DNA from: a virus
IMG/VR virus record: IMGVR_UViG_3300032229_000759
Span: 1 to 64,000 of that record
Length of the DNA stretch: 64,000 nucleotides
Direction: 5' to 3' (one strand)
Notes under the pieces: model-generated
What the model was told of the DNA's origin: nothing
Database searches by the model: none
What the model saw: the letters and a program-made list of their open reading frames with translations, nothing else
Made by a program: the position numbers and the translations under genes
Shown: positions 13,001 through 20,194 of the stretch, piece by piece
How the letters are laid out: each line of letters begins with the position of its first letter
Position numbering within the stretch: position 1 is the first letter of the stretch

Positions 13001-13109
13001 CTTAAATAATAATAACACAGTAAACTATAGTTGGTCTGAAGTTACCCAAGCAACCTTAAAAGTATATGATAAAACAGGAATGGATACTAAAACTATATAT
13101 TTTAATTAA
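1080..13109 (+). CDS. Giant (4009 aa) tail fibre/adhesin-like virion protein
   Basis: Collagen GXY stretch, duplicated GGTNN and PGT(Y/F)xK...LGYxP fibre repeats, SGLDADKLDG motif, short YadA-like repeats, cadherin-like and He_PIG-like (LPSWLNFN...FSGMP) Ig domains. Confidence 0.8.
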   Translation: MSIVRIEEEIQPLKYLVITQTKDPESVITTNVVISDNRLNKINLLSIEKGPQGDQGLQGLPGPAGADGVVFDVLSISSGGTNNTSYTSGNIIYFDGEKLSSSAYTVGTLLDVINSTSAITGISSGSGLYKNTIGDNSIELGVNIGDGLTLNSSNTVVVDDTIVRKVELSIGNISGVVPIAKGGTNNQTFSSNRLLYFDGSKISSFPLATGRILLSGTTIDIVAGSGLVGGGPVSLPSGSVVLNIGGSEDILVETNTIRLSNTGIPGTYSKITTDDKGRVISGSNLTTQDIINILGYIPWGPNNDGANSGLDADKLDGFDSTDFFNLANHTGILNPNSLPVQSTPGTFTKVSINNKGIVINGSDIVYQDIVNALGYRPISNSGDSINGPLVVNGDVTLNTDNVNISDNLITIGTNSPAILPSEPRGFSFLYGGATPRTGVLAYFPGDRELRLITNITNSTSLLNGGDSNDIFNEDVDGGDATTIYVYNNVSGDAATVLMRQVADQIYVSRTATQIVSGLKTFADRLTVDESISIRPRFGQSTPPLSVGGNTRLVENLNVDLLDNQHGSYYSNANNMTGLFDYEKVTFNNLEGTPNYIPVFDNRTNNPSRTISNSNILQSGNSIRVLADSNLFVGATNSGTAANRSLLVGSQNRGFANNGLAIGTSNIVSGNNSIALNNNSKAIKDNSIAAGTAGYTWSNNQIAVGAFIENSDGQTLSQGQYSTITLGLPSSQTEGSFVSMSPSVIIPKNKTIAYSLEVLLNKSAGTGAALFVFDSGIIKNTTYRDPDNLTSIKNITSILKNNKKEEIYNDSQQRRHYYHYNFNDNNTIQNLDVTAPPLKYNPLTVQNVDTLYKYTPQYKSLSGVYYKLHNGELILELDKPLSSGWFTQPLNDNKIYVKSYDHGLSSGVSVSAYFSSGSLYKLPQNKYAVTNIIDKDSFYLNHLSWGCLLSGNMVIVKPSSVLYNNNIEQLRFSGSIVTNGSQIYSIDRSVKGVLFPGMEIKYGPVGRPTLEQTGVITSVSGPDVSFSPPFTGTIDNNSILGPGYCEVTNYSKYIFKSNPNLRIDLGSFGYHGVTSTTAPYDTTFCDQSTIAFNISGLLTSLTGIDAEITPVNLNSGILTIIPHRTVSGTYTREATTYKKYQGIYTREPSVSGLSTIKIYNKNLEPISVPSVPFNYQLVCGHGDTDNNAFQVIKSGLYSYLEFKNSSIQVSRTGIQPRYFFTAPNNNLLNNEGYVFYPIKDNNDLSLLPSGIDPDITYYPINILSSGGYNYFNLSLTSGGNPIQNVALGANGTYRLFPVAVNPTAKDNYYIRLRSYDRSGRFYEKPFVVHVDDIEVRNNIRNSIPNQYAVVNEPYVFQIAANTFPNNVSGYIAITTDGTNLPSWLNFNSSSLTFSGMPTSNDLTSFDILVRGTGANLSVSDVFKLQVVSDQSSISNYFSDPYQSFDIVDFNLSNIIVPKNLSYDTIIGKFNTNGGYNPYLIFETSSNSFRGNAHSGSRVLTESVNVSGVFPTTAIISAITLLESGNPVTVSYVDNPSISTNKTINQIIPPIGFPATLASGTGILSISGVTIPAYSLVSGNRLFSSLEGWDNQARVVSITPQQIVLDRIPAAIDQLSLEVEVFTSGHNVLIDTAINLSGVINSTFTTPLNSSGNYYIDNLQFYTTTGVNNSWCPQATIDSSNVKGFHTLSTKYLSANTGYYSTGLISFYTDIGHSIITVYPDTTLNLEPIEDSIHIKFLSSSTGLVPSTRTYSIISGLNESSFSIDNTYLFPNIQRACTGALVLNLEQNHGYRILNNNVINQVPVKFENVLESNSNRIPKNNLYDILAISGNKLKLNDSDNYLLKEINQPDYFEQPIHATYNTNGFYFSGLLVSGSPYLFNCTTTNIFDLEPRMLIGCNYSNWRDDTGFLSAQDYIYMSGTIASGTRRVFVSPSNFVAGLPEQIQIFSDDPGWGDEGYRTLIAKQAILGFFDIDSDLVSFSGSKTFTLYSKPYIQLDKPVCLVNSNKRYDRLYFNGNVLSLNNFSTPRSYLQNNDQIKILQWNTTSIFNSSGISRNVKILNQNNRQTSLTGIALGGNKNISPKASSPNTLLKENEFRHADPLGLSRDVELPPIGTVSFVGVSSGNCSIPFSNNIYYHTHGDSTATWPADPSGTYVKSPLTGIYFVNNNSNSCGSGYLCISITGFSNTIFDSIEDSISRNTLGKNPTTLITDSLTGSISPLALTNKKLYFDFSDDLAEINGSYYVAQKINPSVISINIPYNSNYLNRSGLVYIVDSDYNIKSNRNPNLNNTFDRVNGSVVIKEGNATLSNYVNYYIDSYNSKAKRWKHLVHLNKNINNYGGYDITFGGQIDTQLISLSPETIKFNSIEYSFDSGSTYTNLNLSASNINLLSNTKTIYLKISLKDGSGKWDTEIKKCAPRINIYGIGEYTIDSDNMIFNPLNKQWLITVVLSNLNHTYNNRPIIIRASDESGSAEHTVVLSTTVLPLISSPSGRFVVQNDSNGWVLPFDIKYLPNANSIVISLTGHPGSDYTSYNDSLSNSTGTKIFTGPVGNNTGIFNPVLTIKDYITDQTLASQTGRITVLPLDSDLPYSINLEDLSDNINLNIGPYYGNNTASFEFHIPAVIDSAVGPTITFDSSSFYGINHVLEYSSISKRYRVTAVVTGVPGYYPNKNINIAISQPKYDVNDQLYWERYQLSKPVNLTLYRDININTTELNQPVLFNNEEPWSINFKVDDGLYSHRSDVAPKVKIANLTNIGNYESQPLEYTLVPTFDNVNKKWNFNITAKRDIFGEYTRNLGLHTLKIYAEDNVSFATGYIRLNFVQTPYLDNLRNLVYSTPNNAYVSNVDIKQFGGALDQPPPVSFPGNLKENTVSLNRYHNKYDYDLRLWEYSYSGSPITEKWNVDLSLSNINTLLSDNQYSSLIVRCKGIASDKIQAVGKLSLIELDSNSITSLPFRIINLTTPSYQVTEGSSWSISFSTVGGLENPNYPPTILLSGMPSACSGFDPKTPLVQQNSCLKSRGWNAGAKRWDFQFEGLPLCGQQGLKPFTVTAIDTDTTQNLYLDVDFKTSAIEYLSLESAGLAHPKPQIINNPGQEDEDPIRLIPLCNNSSINKVFKFGTKNRETCPIPTGLTGWMVSGQLPSGLNYTINFPGILAPPWNNLSSGTLTIFGEPLAFASGGEYNEKLHLTVYDARNKFETKTFKFTDTSTANPPSPISYTVYFDNIGPTFTKRADRQPNQPTNTVNLSGTAPVDYNQYGNVLTYKPEPHPSSLLCTSRLPHNQCLRSIFAYSGGDYLAGDSKVYITNSKYGLAANNQIYLEFDNNSNNPFNGEYFVKTTGNQAYINAVGHTFTTGSGVLVRAIYDSINTRELHRFQGSVDTISSNGILGCGSFKYKNISNDDGYGIFGRLMPSFVASIPTSGAFISSDSKLSGLTLSAIPEYSNYPSVYTVKTSTCWETGYYRISGIVLPRPSVELTDPPPAATFAPFSYNNQAYSVLSRVVYGNSEFEKNRAENYRSVGVNYLLKNCTTNTGILNGSVSTSTPSAGGGQAIVFNNSLNSGSVLSIKLWNNPDNFPTYLYNSMSYAENEYFWIHKAGDRDEIPNQSSFPPIIATGIGNTINAMSGVSVTGYVLKCLGGYIPWSGNYAATPYYSLSNGTPWTLNNYAPLISGIVQKDLNKKMNTTYSYSPGINSVGIVVNIPTGTFYPNNKIFINFPDNIIPGTGITLPSNFIDTVILSVFPSRQQPVNGPVEIEGKASIVNIVSDKIFISHNNVFFENGDYVDIGLDIKTSTENRLLYSAGKLSIISGDSSTIVATLSDSNPSTVFSGLSIGDSCYIRKNIYNEINIGPPSYVNDGQWAAAITGIPDGLYKDYWYRIITSENTGLPVFSGTSLKSKINVIDYPLYINKSPSIILSAQTINSGIIKNNGVWSFSFEIEGGQRPVYDYLPEVTINDSFCQFTRVLSTGMRDGYNQVNDRLIVTLNNNNTVNYSWSEVTQATLKVYDKTGMDTKTIYFN

Positions 13110-13129
13110 CCTTAAATTTATCAAATAAC

Positions 13130-14275
13130 ATGGCTACTATCAATATTACTCCAAGTCAAAATAAACTATTAGTTATTAATCAGTCCATAGATGGCTCTGA
13201 TTCGTCTGGAGTTATAACTACTAATTTAAACATTAATGACGGTTTTGATAATACTGTAGGAGTAGTCTATATAGAAAGAGGATTAACAGGATTAACGGGA
13301 CCAAGCGGTAGTCGAGGCTTAGAAGGACCGCAAGGCCCATCAGGACCACCAGGACCTAGTGGGGAACGAGGTTTGCCCGGAAGCGGATTGACCAAACTAT
13401 TGGTTGGGCCAATTGAAATAGTAGAAAATGAAACCTTAAATATTATAGGAGCAGGAGGAACCACTGTTTCATTTGCTGCTAATTCTAATACAGTAAGCAT
13501 TTATTCTGATAGCTTGAGTGAAAACTACGCCCCAATCAATCATAATCATACCTCTAACGCTATTACTAATTTTAACGAAGCTGTAGACGATAGAGTTGAC
13601 GCATTATTATCTAATGGTAATTATATAGAATTATCTTATGCTGATCAAGATTATAATAGTTTAACCATAAGTGTAACAGGTTTAGATTTGGGGATTGATG
13701 TTCAACCATATCATCCTAGATTATCTAAATTGTCAAATGTCCAGATGTATCAGAATGCTTTGATTTGTGGTACCGGTGTTGATCAGTATGGTACGATAGT
13801 TATTTCTGAAGCTGGTAAAAATCTGATAAATGACGTGTCGGCAGAAGCACAAAGGCTCACCTTAGGATTAGGAGATATTGCAACTAGCGGCTCTGTGGAT
13901 TTTGCTAAGATCAATGGTGGAAATAGTTTTACAGGCACTCAATCACTAGGAGACGGAGAACTAAATAGATTTTCTGCGTCTTTAAGAGATATTAATACTA
14001 GCGGATATCAAATAGTACAATCAGATAATGGCAAAGTTTTAAATTTTAATTATAATACTGGACCTATTAATGTTACATTTAATAATAATTTGTCTTTAGG
14101 TTTTAATTGTTTAGTGGTACAAATGGCGTCTGGACAGATAAGATTCCAAGATTCTATCTATAATAGATTAGGACATACTAAATTAGTAGGAAAGTATTCT
14201 GTAGCAACAGTTGTTAAAACAGCTAATAATACTATTATTTTATCTGGAGATACCACGACAGCTAATTATTCATAA
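13130..14275 (+). CDS. Collagen-repeat tail fibre-like protein
   Basis: 381 aa; about 12 GXY triplets; HNH fibre motif; FNEAVDDRV; C-terminal SDNGKVL...GFNCLVVQ...GQI fibre module. Confidence 0.7.
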   Translation: MATINITPSQNKLLVINQSIDGSDSSGVITTNLNINDGFDNTVGVVYIERGLTGLTGPSGSRGLEGPQGPSGPPGPSGERGLPGSGLTKLLVGPIEIVENETLNIIGAGGTTVSFAANSNTVSIYSDSLSENYAPINHNHTSNAITNFNEAVDDRVDALLSNGNYIELSYADQDYNSLTISVTGLDLGIDVQPYHPRLSKLSNVQMYQNALICGTGVDQYGTIVISEAGKNLINDVSAEAQRLTLGLGDIATSGSVDFAKINGGNSFTGTQSLGDGELNRFSASLRDINTSGYQIVQSDNGKVLNFNYNTGPINVTFNNNLSLGFNCLVVQMASGQIRFQDSIYNRLGHTKLVGKYSVATVVKTANNTIILSGDTTTANYS

Positions 14276-14286
14276 GGACGAACCAT

Positions 14287-15681
14287 ATGATCTTACCACC
14301 ATTTTATGGAGGAGTAGCATCTCATCTTGTTAAAGATAAAAGCTGGTACAGGATGCGTAGCACCTATTTAAATCAGGATATTCTTTATTTTAAAATTCCC
14401 TCTAAAACAGCAGTATCAACATATTTATCTTTAGACGCCTTGATGTATGATTTACCATTTACCGTAGGACCGTTACGAGCATCTTATGTAAATTTTGATA
14501 CGCTACTATTTAGTATACCGGATGCTAAACTTAAGAATAGTTATCTAAATATAGATGCACTATATTATAACCCTCCCCCAGAAGCGCCAGAAATTCCAAC
14601 TAATGTTTATGCCCTTGCTGGAGACAGTACTGTTGATTTATCATGGAATAGGCCCTATGATAATAGGTCTTCGATTACAGACTATCACATACAATATTCG
14701 ATTAGTGGAGTTGGTGGGTTTTCCCCTTGGGAAAACTTTGATGATCCAGTATCTGCGGTTACTGGGGTTTATATTGACCAGCTTGTTAATGGAGTTAATT
14801 ACCAATTTAGAGTAGCAGCAATTAATAGTATAGGCACAGGAGATTATGGTTATAGTAATATAGTTAATCCTTCTCCAGGAGATAGTAGATATTGTACTTT
14901 ATTATCTTATCTACCTTTGGATATCGATTACCTAGATAAGTCTTGTGTTAGTGGTACTGTTAGTGGTCTATATCAGGAACCCAGCTCTCTTTCTATAACA
15001 TCATCTTCTTATAAATATGGTGGATCCAGCCTATTTTTAGACGGCCAACCACATTCTGTATTATCTCCTTATTCGTCCGAAGAATATCCCATGTATGTTG
15101 ACGAATATCCTCATTTAGAAATTGGATATAATCAAAATATTAATTGGAATTTAAGCGGAGACTTTACTATTGAAATGTTTGTAAAGCCATTAACAAGTAT
15201 TATTAATGATACTTTGTTTATAATTAGAAATCCAACCCCAGACTTTGGTGCAGAATATACTACAGACAACTATCTTAAGTTGTATAGACTTAATAATAGT
15301 ATTAAATTTGAATGGAATCTGAGTTTTTATGATTTTGATGCTGAACAATATATAAATAGTAATCAACAGATTACTGCGAATAATGTTAATTTGCCCACAA
15401 ATGACTGGACCCACTTATCTGTTATTAGGTATAACAATATTATTAAACTTTATATTAATGGTATAGCTAGTGGTAATACGATTAATTCTAGTGTACCGAT
15501 GAATTTGTCTGGTTTACATATAAACATTGGAGCCAATATAGGAGATATGTACTATGAAGGTACCAGATCATCACAAGGATTTGGTGGATATATTGACCAA
15601 TTAATTATGTCTAAAGCCGCTAAGTACAAGAATAATTTTACACCAGCAGAATATACCCTAACAAAAGAGTGCAATTGCTAA
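14287..15681 (+). CDS. FN3 plus LamG/ConA-like domain virion protein
   Basis: PEAPEIPTNVYALAGDSTVDLSW...YQFRVAAINSIGTG (FN3); KYGGSSLFLDG, GDFTIEMF, WTHLSVIR, GYIDQL (LamG). Confidence 0.85.
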   Translation: MILPPFYGGVASHLVKDKSWYRMRSTYLNQDILYFKIPSKTAVSTYLSLDALMYDLPFTVGPLRASYVNFDTLLFSIPDAKLKNSYLNIDALYYNPPPEAPEIPTNVYALAGDSTVDLSWNRPYDNRSSITDYHIQYSISGVGGFSPWENFDDPVSAVTGVYIDQLVNGVNYQFRVAAINSIGTGDYGYSNIVNPSPGDSRYCTLLSYLPLDIDYLDKSCVSGTVSGLYQEPSSLSITSSSYKYGGSSLFLDGQPHSVLSPYSSEEYPMYVDEYPHLEIGYNQNINWNLSGDFTIEMFVKPLTSIINDTLFIIRNPTPDFGAEYTTDNYLKLYRLNNSIKFEWNLSFYDFDAEQYINSNQQITANNVNLPTNDWTHLSVIRYNNIIKLYINGIASGNTINSSVPMNLSGLHINIGANIGDMYYEGTRSSQGFGGYIDQLIMSKAAKYKNNFTPAEYTLTKECNC

Positions 15682-15716
15682 AACGGGGTAATATACTATG
15701 AACCAGGAGATTTTAT

Positions 15717-18056
15717 ATGTCAACGTTGTTTTTTGAAGGATTTAATCAAGCAATAACACTGCAAGGGTTTGATTCTGCCTACTGGAGTACACAATATGCT
15801 CAATTTCCTAAATATGGTTTTATTAGTAGATTACCATGGGGTCAGTTTGCCAATGACGGAATTAACTCTACTAGATATTCTCCTTTTGGTAGCAGTTTTA
15901 ATCCGCCAAGCGTAAGTTATCCAGCATATGGAATAGGACAATTATTTAATACCGAAGATAAATCTTATTTATGCTTGTATAATCCTAATTATAATGATGG
16001 GACAATAGAGCCCACCACATTTATAAGATGTAGTGGTTTCCCATTACCATCTGGAGACAAAACATATTTTTCTATGAAGGTATATGGCTTAGAAAATAAT
16101 TCTTCTGTTCATTCTGCATATCCTTATAGAAATAAATTTTTAAGTTTTTGTAGTGGCAATAATGAAATTTTAACATTTAATATGGTAAGAATTACTGGAA
16201 ATTTTTTACCACAATTAAATGGAGTAAGAGAAACCTTGGGAATAGAGGCGATTTATAATAATAATTCATTAGGGACATACGATTTAAATATACCGGGTAT
16301 ACAGAACTATGATTTGGCTAATAGACAATCCACACACAATATATTGAATATTACTAGAGGTTTTCAGGATCTAGGAGGATTCTGCGGAAGTATTCTTAAT
16401 AAAGGATATATTCATTTAGAATTTTTATTAGATGGCGCTATAAATAATAGTGGATTATTTAATTTAAAGGTAGACGGCGTAGATGCTCCAGTAATTAATG
16501 AAGATATAAATATTGTAAAATCTAACTGGTCTAACCAAATTATAGGCTCGGGAGATTTATTTTTTGATAATTTTAGAATTTATAATAGAATGGCTTATAA
16601 TAGCTATATTGGTAATGTTGTAGATTGTCAGGGAGCCAAATCTACATATGATACAGATAATCAATGGATATTTTTAGATGATATAGTTTTAATAGATAAT
16701 AGTGGTAATTTGCCGAATAGTTGGCTGGGTCCATCTAGTAAAATTATTAGTTATAAGCCAGACGCGAGTGCTGGCTCAGGATTATTTCAGTGGACCTCTA
16801 ACGTTACCACGGGTAATATTATTCAAAAAACTCAGAGTGCTTTATATACTAACGATGGAGATATCGGATATATTGAAACAATAGACAGTGGTAATGTCGC
16901 AGCTCTAGGATTTTCAAAATTTACAAATCTATCCACTCTGCCCGATGGTATCGGAGGAATTAAAGTATATAATGTTGCTCGCAAAGAATCATTAGATACT
17001 CAGTTTATAAATGTTTTTGCCACAGGAATGAACAGCCTTAGCAATATACTGCAATATGATACGCTAATATTAAATGAATTTGGTAAAGATAAAAATGATG
17101 ATGATACTATTACGGATGAATCAGTTTATGCTCGCAGCTTGGTTAATTCTGGCTGTGTCGCCTCTAGAGACATTATTAGAAATGGAGACAGTAGTTTTTT
17201 CTTTCCAAATGACTCATCTAGTTTAAGATTCAATCATCCCTTTTTTAATAATAATGTTTTTACTTTAGAAACATGGTTTTATGGAAATAATATACCGAAT
17301 AATTTTACATTATTAGGAGGAGCTAATAAAGACAGTAGCGTTGATACTGGTGCATATTGGACCTACTCAATTAGACCAAGTTGTTTTCAGTTTTTATTAA
17401 CTCCTAATTCAGTCAATATAGAACAAATTCGTAGCATTAATAATACAACTGTCAAAATGAGTGGCGTCAAATTATTATTGGCTAATAATGGACTATCTCC
17501 AAACAATTGGAATCATATAGCATTATGCAGAAACACCGATAATTCTATAGTGTGTTATTTGAATGGCCAGGCCAATACTGGACATATGATGATAGGTTTT
17601 GAAAAAAATTACCAAGAATGTAGCTCTACAACGTTTCCTTGCTTAAATAGTCCTTTGTCTATTATTCAATATAGTGGATTGCCATCTAGTACTAGTTTTA
17701 ATATGACCTCTTTTTCATCGCCTTTTACTTCTTCACTAAATAATATAGGCACTAACTATGGATATATAATATCTCAAGATACTTCAGAAACGTCCGGATT
17801 ATTCATTGCTCAAGCTAGCGGTTATATAGATAACTACAGGATTTCTTTAGGTAAAAATATATATAGTTCCAATTTTACTCCTCCATCTAGTGTCTTTTTG
17901 CCAACAGATTATTTCGCTAATTTGGGCCCTGTCCATAATGTCACTCAGTCTTCATATAAAACATTCCAATACTATTCTTTTATTAATCCTGCTACTAATA
18001 AAAACTGGAGAGTATCAGAGATCAGCGGCATGGCTTTTGGAGTTAAAAAGTTATGA
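15717..18056 (+). CDS. LamG/ConA-like lectin-domain virion protein
   Basis: 779 aa; LFFEGF start; FTLETWFY, WNHIALCR, GYIDNYRIS...YSSNFTPP motifs; AGGAG RBS. Confidence 0.75.
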   Translation: MSTLFFEGFNQAITLQGFDSAYWSTQYAQFPKYGFISRLPWGQFANDGINSTRYSPFGSSFNPPSVSYPAYGIGQLFNTEDKSYLCLYNPNYNDGTIEPTTFIRCSGFPLPSGDKTYFSMKVYGLENNSSVHSAYPYRNKFLSFCSGNNEILTFNMVRITGNFLPQLNGVRETLGIEAIYNNNSLGTYDLNIPGIQNYDLANRQSTHNILNITRGFQDLGGFCGSILNKGYIHLEFLLDGAINNSGLFNLKVDGVDAPVINEDINIVKSNWSNQIIGSGDLFFDNFRIYNRMAYNSYIGNVVDCQGAKSTYDTDNQWIFLDDIVLIDNSGNLPNSWLGPSSKIISYKPDASAGSGLFQWTSNVTTGNIIQKTQSALYTNDGDIGYIETIDSGNVAALGFSKFTNLSTLPDGIGGIKVYNVARKESLDTQFINVFATGMNSLSNILQYDTLILNEFGKDKNDDDTITDESVYARSLVNSGCVASRDIIRNGDSSFFFPNDSSSLRFNHPFFNNNVFTLETWFYGNNIPNNFTLLGGANKDSSVDTGAYWTYSIRPSCFQFLLTPNSVNIEQIRSINNTTVKMSGVKLLLANNGLSPNNWNHIALCRNTDNSIVCYLNGQANTGHMMIGFEKNYQECSSTTFPCLNSPLSIIQYSGLPSSTSFNMTSFSSPFTSSLNNIGTNYGYIISQDTSETSGLFIAQASGYIDNYRISLGKNIYSSNFTPPSSVFLPTDYFANLGPVHNVTQSSYKTFQYYSFINPATNKNWRVSEISGMAFGVKKL

Positions 18057-18985
18057 GCGATTATTCTAGAATAAGAATCCGAAGAGACGATACCAGCGGA
18101 TGGAATAATAGTAATCCAATCCTAGGACTAGGAGAACCTGGATACGAGATTAATTCTAGACAAATTAAAATAGGCAACGGAGTAGACACTTGGTCTAATT
18201 TAGGATATATTACTATTCCTCAAGACTATATAGACGATCCTACGGTAATGCTGGTTATAGGAGATAAGGTGTCTAATAGACTAGACATCAACCTGTCTAG
18301 CTCTGAAACTTTTAATATAATTGGGTCAGGCGACACAAATGTTCTTTATGACTATGACCAAAGATGTGTGATTATTAATAGTCAATCTAGTTCTAGTATA
18401 TTGACTCCTACTAATTTCTTTAATGCTTTTGGATATACTCCTCAGCCATCTGGTAATTATTCTGTTGTTGGTCATTCTCATATTATTTCTCAAATTAGTG
18501 GGCTGTCTGATACTTTAAATAGTAAACAACCATCGGGTAGTTATGCTACTAGTTCACATATTCATAATTTATTAATTGGCGACGGTTTTAATACAACTAT
18601 TAGTTATCCTAGCAATGTTCCTTTAAACATAGTCGGCAGTGGGTATACTAATGTATATTATGATAATTTTAGTAATACTATCACTATAGATTCTTTGGGT
18701 AATAGTGGAGTACTATCTTTTAATAATAGGTCTGGCGCTATAGATCTTACATTTACGGATATCACAGGAGCATTGCTATATACGCCACAACCAGTAGGTC
18801 AATATGCTAATCTATATCACACTCACAATTGGACAGATATTCTGGGCGAACCCAAGATCCCATACAAAACCGTAACGTCAGGTAACGCCCCTGGAGCTAG
18901 TGGAGAAATCTGTTTCGATAATTCATACCTATACATATGCATTTCTGGCAATAGTTGGAGGCGTCTTGCTCATAACCCATGGTAA
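18053..18985 (+). CDS. Fibre protein with Mtd/hyaluronidase-type N-terminal attachment domain and HxH repeats
   Basis: RIRIRRD..GW...NPILGLGEPGYE....KIGNG...W..L.Y; three QPxGxY...HxH repeats; C-terminal YLYIC...WRR motif. Confidence 0.75.
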   Translation: MSDYSRIRIRRDDTSGWNNSNPILGLGEPGYEINSRQIKIGNGVDTWSNLGYITIPQDYIDDPTVMLVIGDKVSNRLDINLSSSETFNIIGSGDTNVLYDYDQRCVIINSQSSSSILTPTNFFNAFGYTPQPSGNYSVVGHSHIISQISGLSDTLNSKQPSGSYATSSHIHNLLIGDGFNTTISYPSNVPLNIVGSGYTNVYYDNFSNTITIDSLGNSGVLSFNNRSGAIDLTFTDITGALLYTPQPVGQYANLYHTHNWTDILGEPKIPYKTVTSGNAPGASGEICFDNSYLYICISGNSWRRLAHNPW

Positions 18986-19000
18986 GGTGTATTTTATATT
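18986..19000 (+). promoter_or_regulatory. Candidate late promoter motif GGTGTA + AT-rich tract
   Basis: GGTGTATTTTATATT starts immediately after the stop codon, in a 40-nt intergenic gap. Confidence 0.4.
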
Positions 19001-19025
19001 GTTAATTTAATTTTAGGATAATAAT

Positions 19026-19553
19026 ATGGCTAATCCTTTTGATACTATTATTTCTCCAGAGTTTAAAGCCCTATATAATCAGGCTATAGATGGCATATTG
19101 TCTAACGGCGCTCTAGCTGTTCCGTGTACCATTAATTATGGGTCATCCAATAGGATTTTATGCACTAATTGTATTCATGACCCCATTTCCACACGATCAT
19201 TAAATAAGTATAATAATACTGGACCAGCCCCATTTGCCGAAGGCATGATATGTCCAGTTTGCAACGGAGAAGGCTTCAAAGATAGCGCTTCCACCGAGGT
19301 TGTAAATTTAGCTGTTTTATTTGATAGTAAATATTGGCTAAATTGGAACTCTAAGTCTTTAAATATATCGGACGGTATGATCCAAACTATTTGCAACATA
19401 TCTTTATTACCCAAAATAAAAAATGCACAATCAATTGTGGTGGATAGAAATGTTTCTAATTATGGTAATTATATTTATAGTAGAATAGGAGAGCCAGAAC
19501 TTTGTGGATTAGGGGACAATAGATATATTATTACTATGTGGCAAAAATCATGA
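19026..19553 (+). CDS. Putative head-closure/neck protein with CxxC-CxxC insert
   Basis: 175 aa; CTNC...CPVCNGEG; located just before neck/terminator/tube genes. Confidence 0.5.
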   Translation: MANPFDTIISPEFKALYNQAIDGILSNGALAVPCTINYGSSNRILCTNCIHDPISTRSLNKYNNTGPAPFAEGMICPVCNGEGFKDSASTEVVNLAVLFDSKYWLNWNSKSLNISDGMIQTICNISLLPKIKNAQSIVVDRNVSNYGNYIYSRIGEPELCGLGDNRYIITMWQKS

Positions 19554-20194
19554 AAATAAATCTTAGTTTAATAGATTCTGATAATCAAATTAAATCTAAA
19601 ATTTTAGACAGCATACGAGAGCACCTTAACCAAGCTTTTCAAAAAGCTAGATCTATTTTAGCTAAAAAAATCCCTTTAGAAGTATATAAGGTTATAGTTT
19701 CTGAACCTGAATATCAATCATTAATTTCTGGTAAATTAAGATACGAATTTGGCATCCCAGAATCTGCTCAAAAAGTTAATCAGATAGTGGATTTATGGAC
19801 ACGAAATGTGGTTGTTGATGTTACACCTATTACATTGGGCGCTGGAGGACTTAGGGGTGGTTTTAGTATTAATATGATAAAAGATAATTATGAAGATGTA
19901 TTAACTAGTGATGATGCAATCGTTGTGGATCAATTGAGCCAAGCAGTTTTGCCTTGGCTAGAGTGGTTATTATTGTATGGAGATAAAATTATAGTTAGAA
20001 ATTATACAGTTCAGGTTGGACCAAGCCCATATTCTCGTACTGGTCTAGCAATTATGAAACCGTCCAAAGAATCCTGGAGAGTTCCACCAGAGTTTGCTGG
20101 CACCACCACGAATAACTGGATAACTAGAGCACTAGAAAAATTAGATGATACCATACCTAACATGATACAACAAGAAATAGAGAATCAAATATGA
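19550..20194 (+). CDS. Putative neck/tail-completion protein
   Basis: ATGA overlap favours start at 19550 over 19538; LPWLEWLL and WITRAL motifs; synteny. Confidence 0.45.
   Translation: MKINLSLIDSDNQIKSKILDSIREHLNQAFQKARSILAKKIPLEVYKVIVSEPEYQSLISGKLRYEFGIPESAQKVNQIVDLWTRNVVVDVTPITLGAGGLRGGFSINMIKDNYEDVLTSDDAIVVDQLSQAVLPWLEWLLLYGDKIIVRNYTVQVGPSPYSRTGLAIMKPSKESWRVPPEFAGTTTNNWITRALEKLDDTIPNMIQQEIENQI

Noticed and set aside
1080-13109. Cellular giant adhesin or RTX/autotransporter
   Set aside because: No signal peptide, RTX nonapeptides or beta-barrel; it has phage fibre repeats and lies in a virion operon
18053-18985. Diversity-generating retroelement suggested by the Mtd-like N-terminus
   Set aside because: Only the attachment domain is present; no C-type lectin variable region, template/variable repeat pair or reverse transcriptase seen in the window
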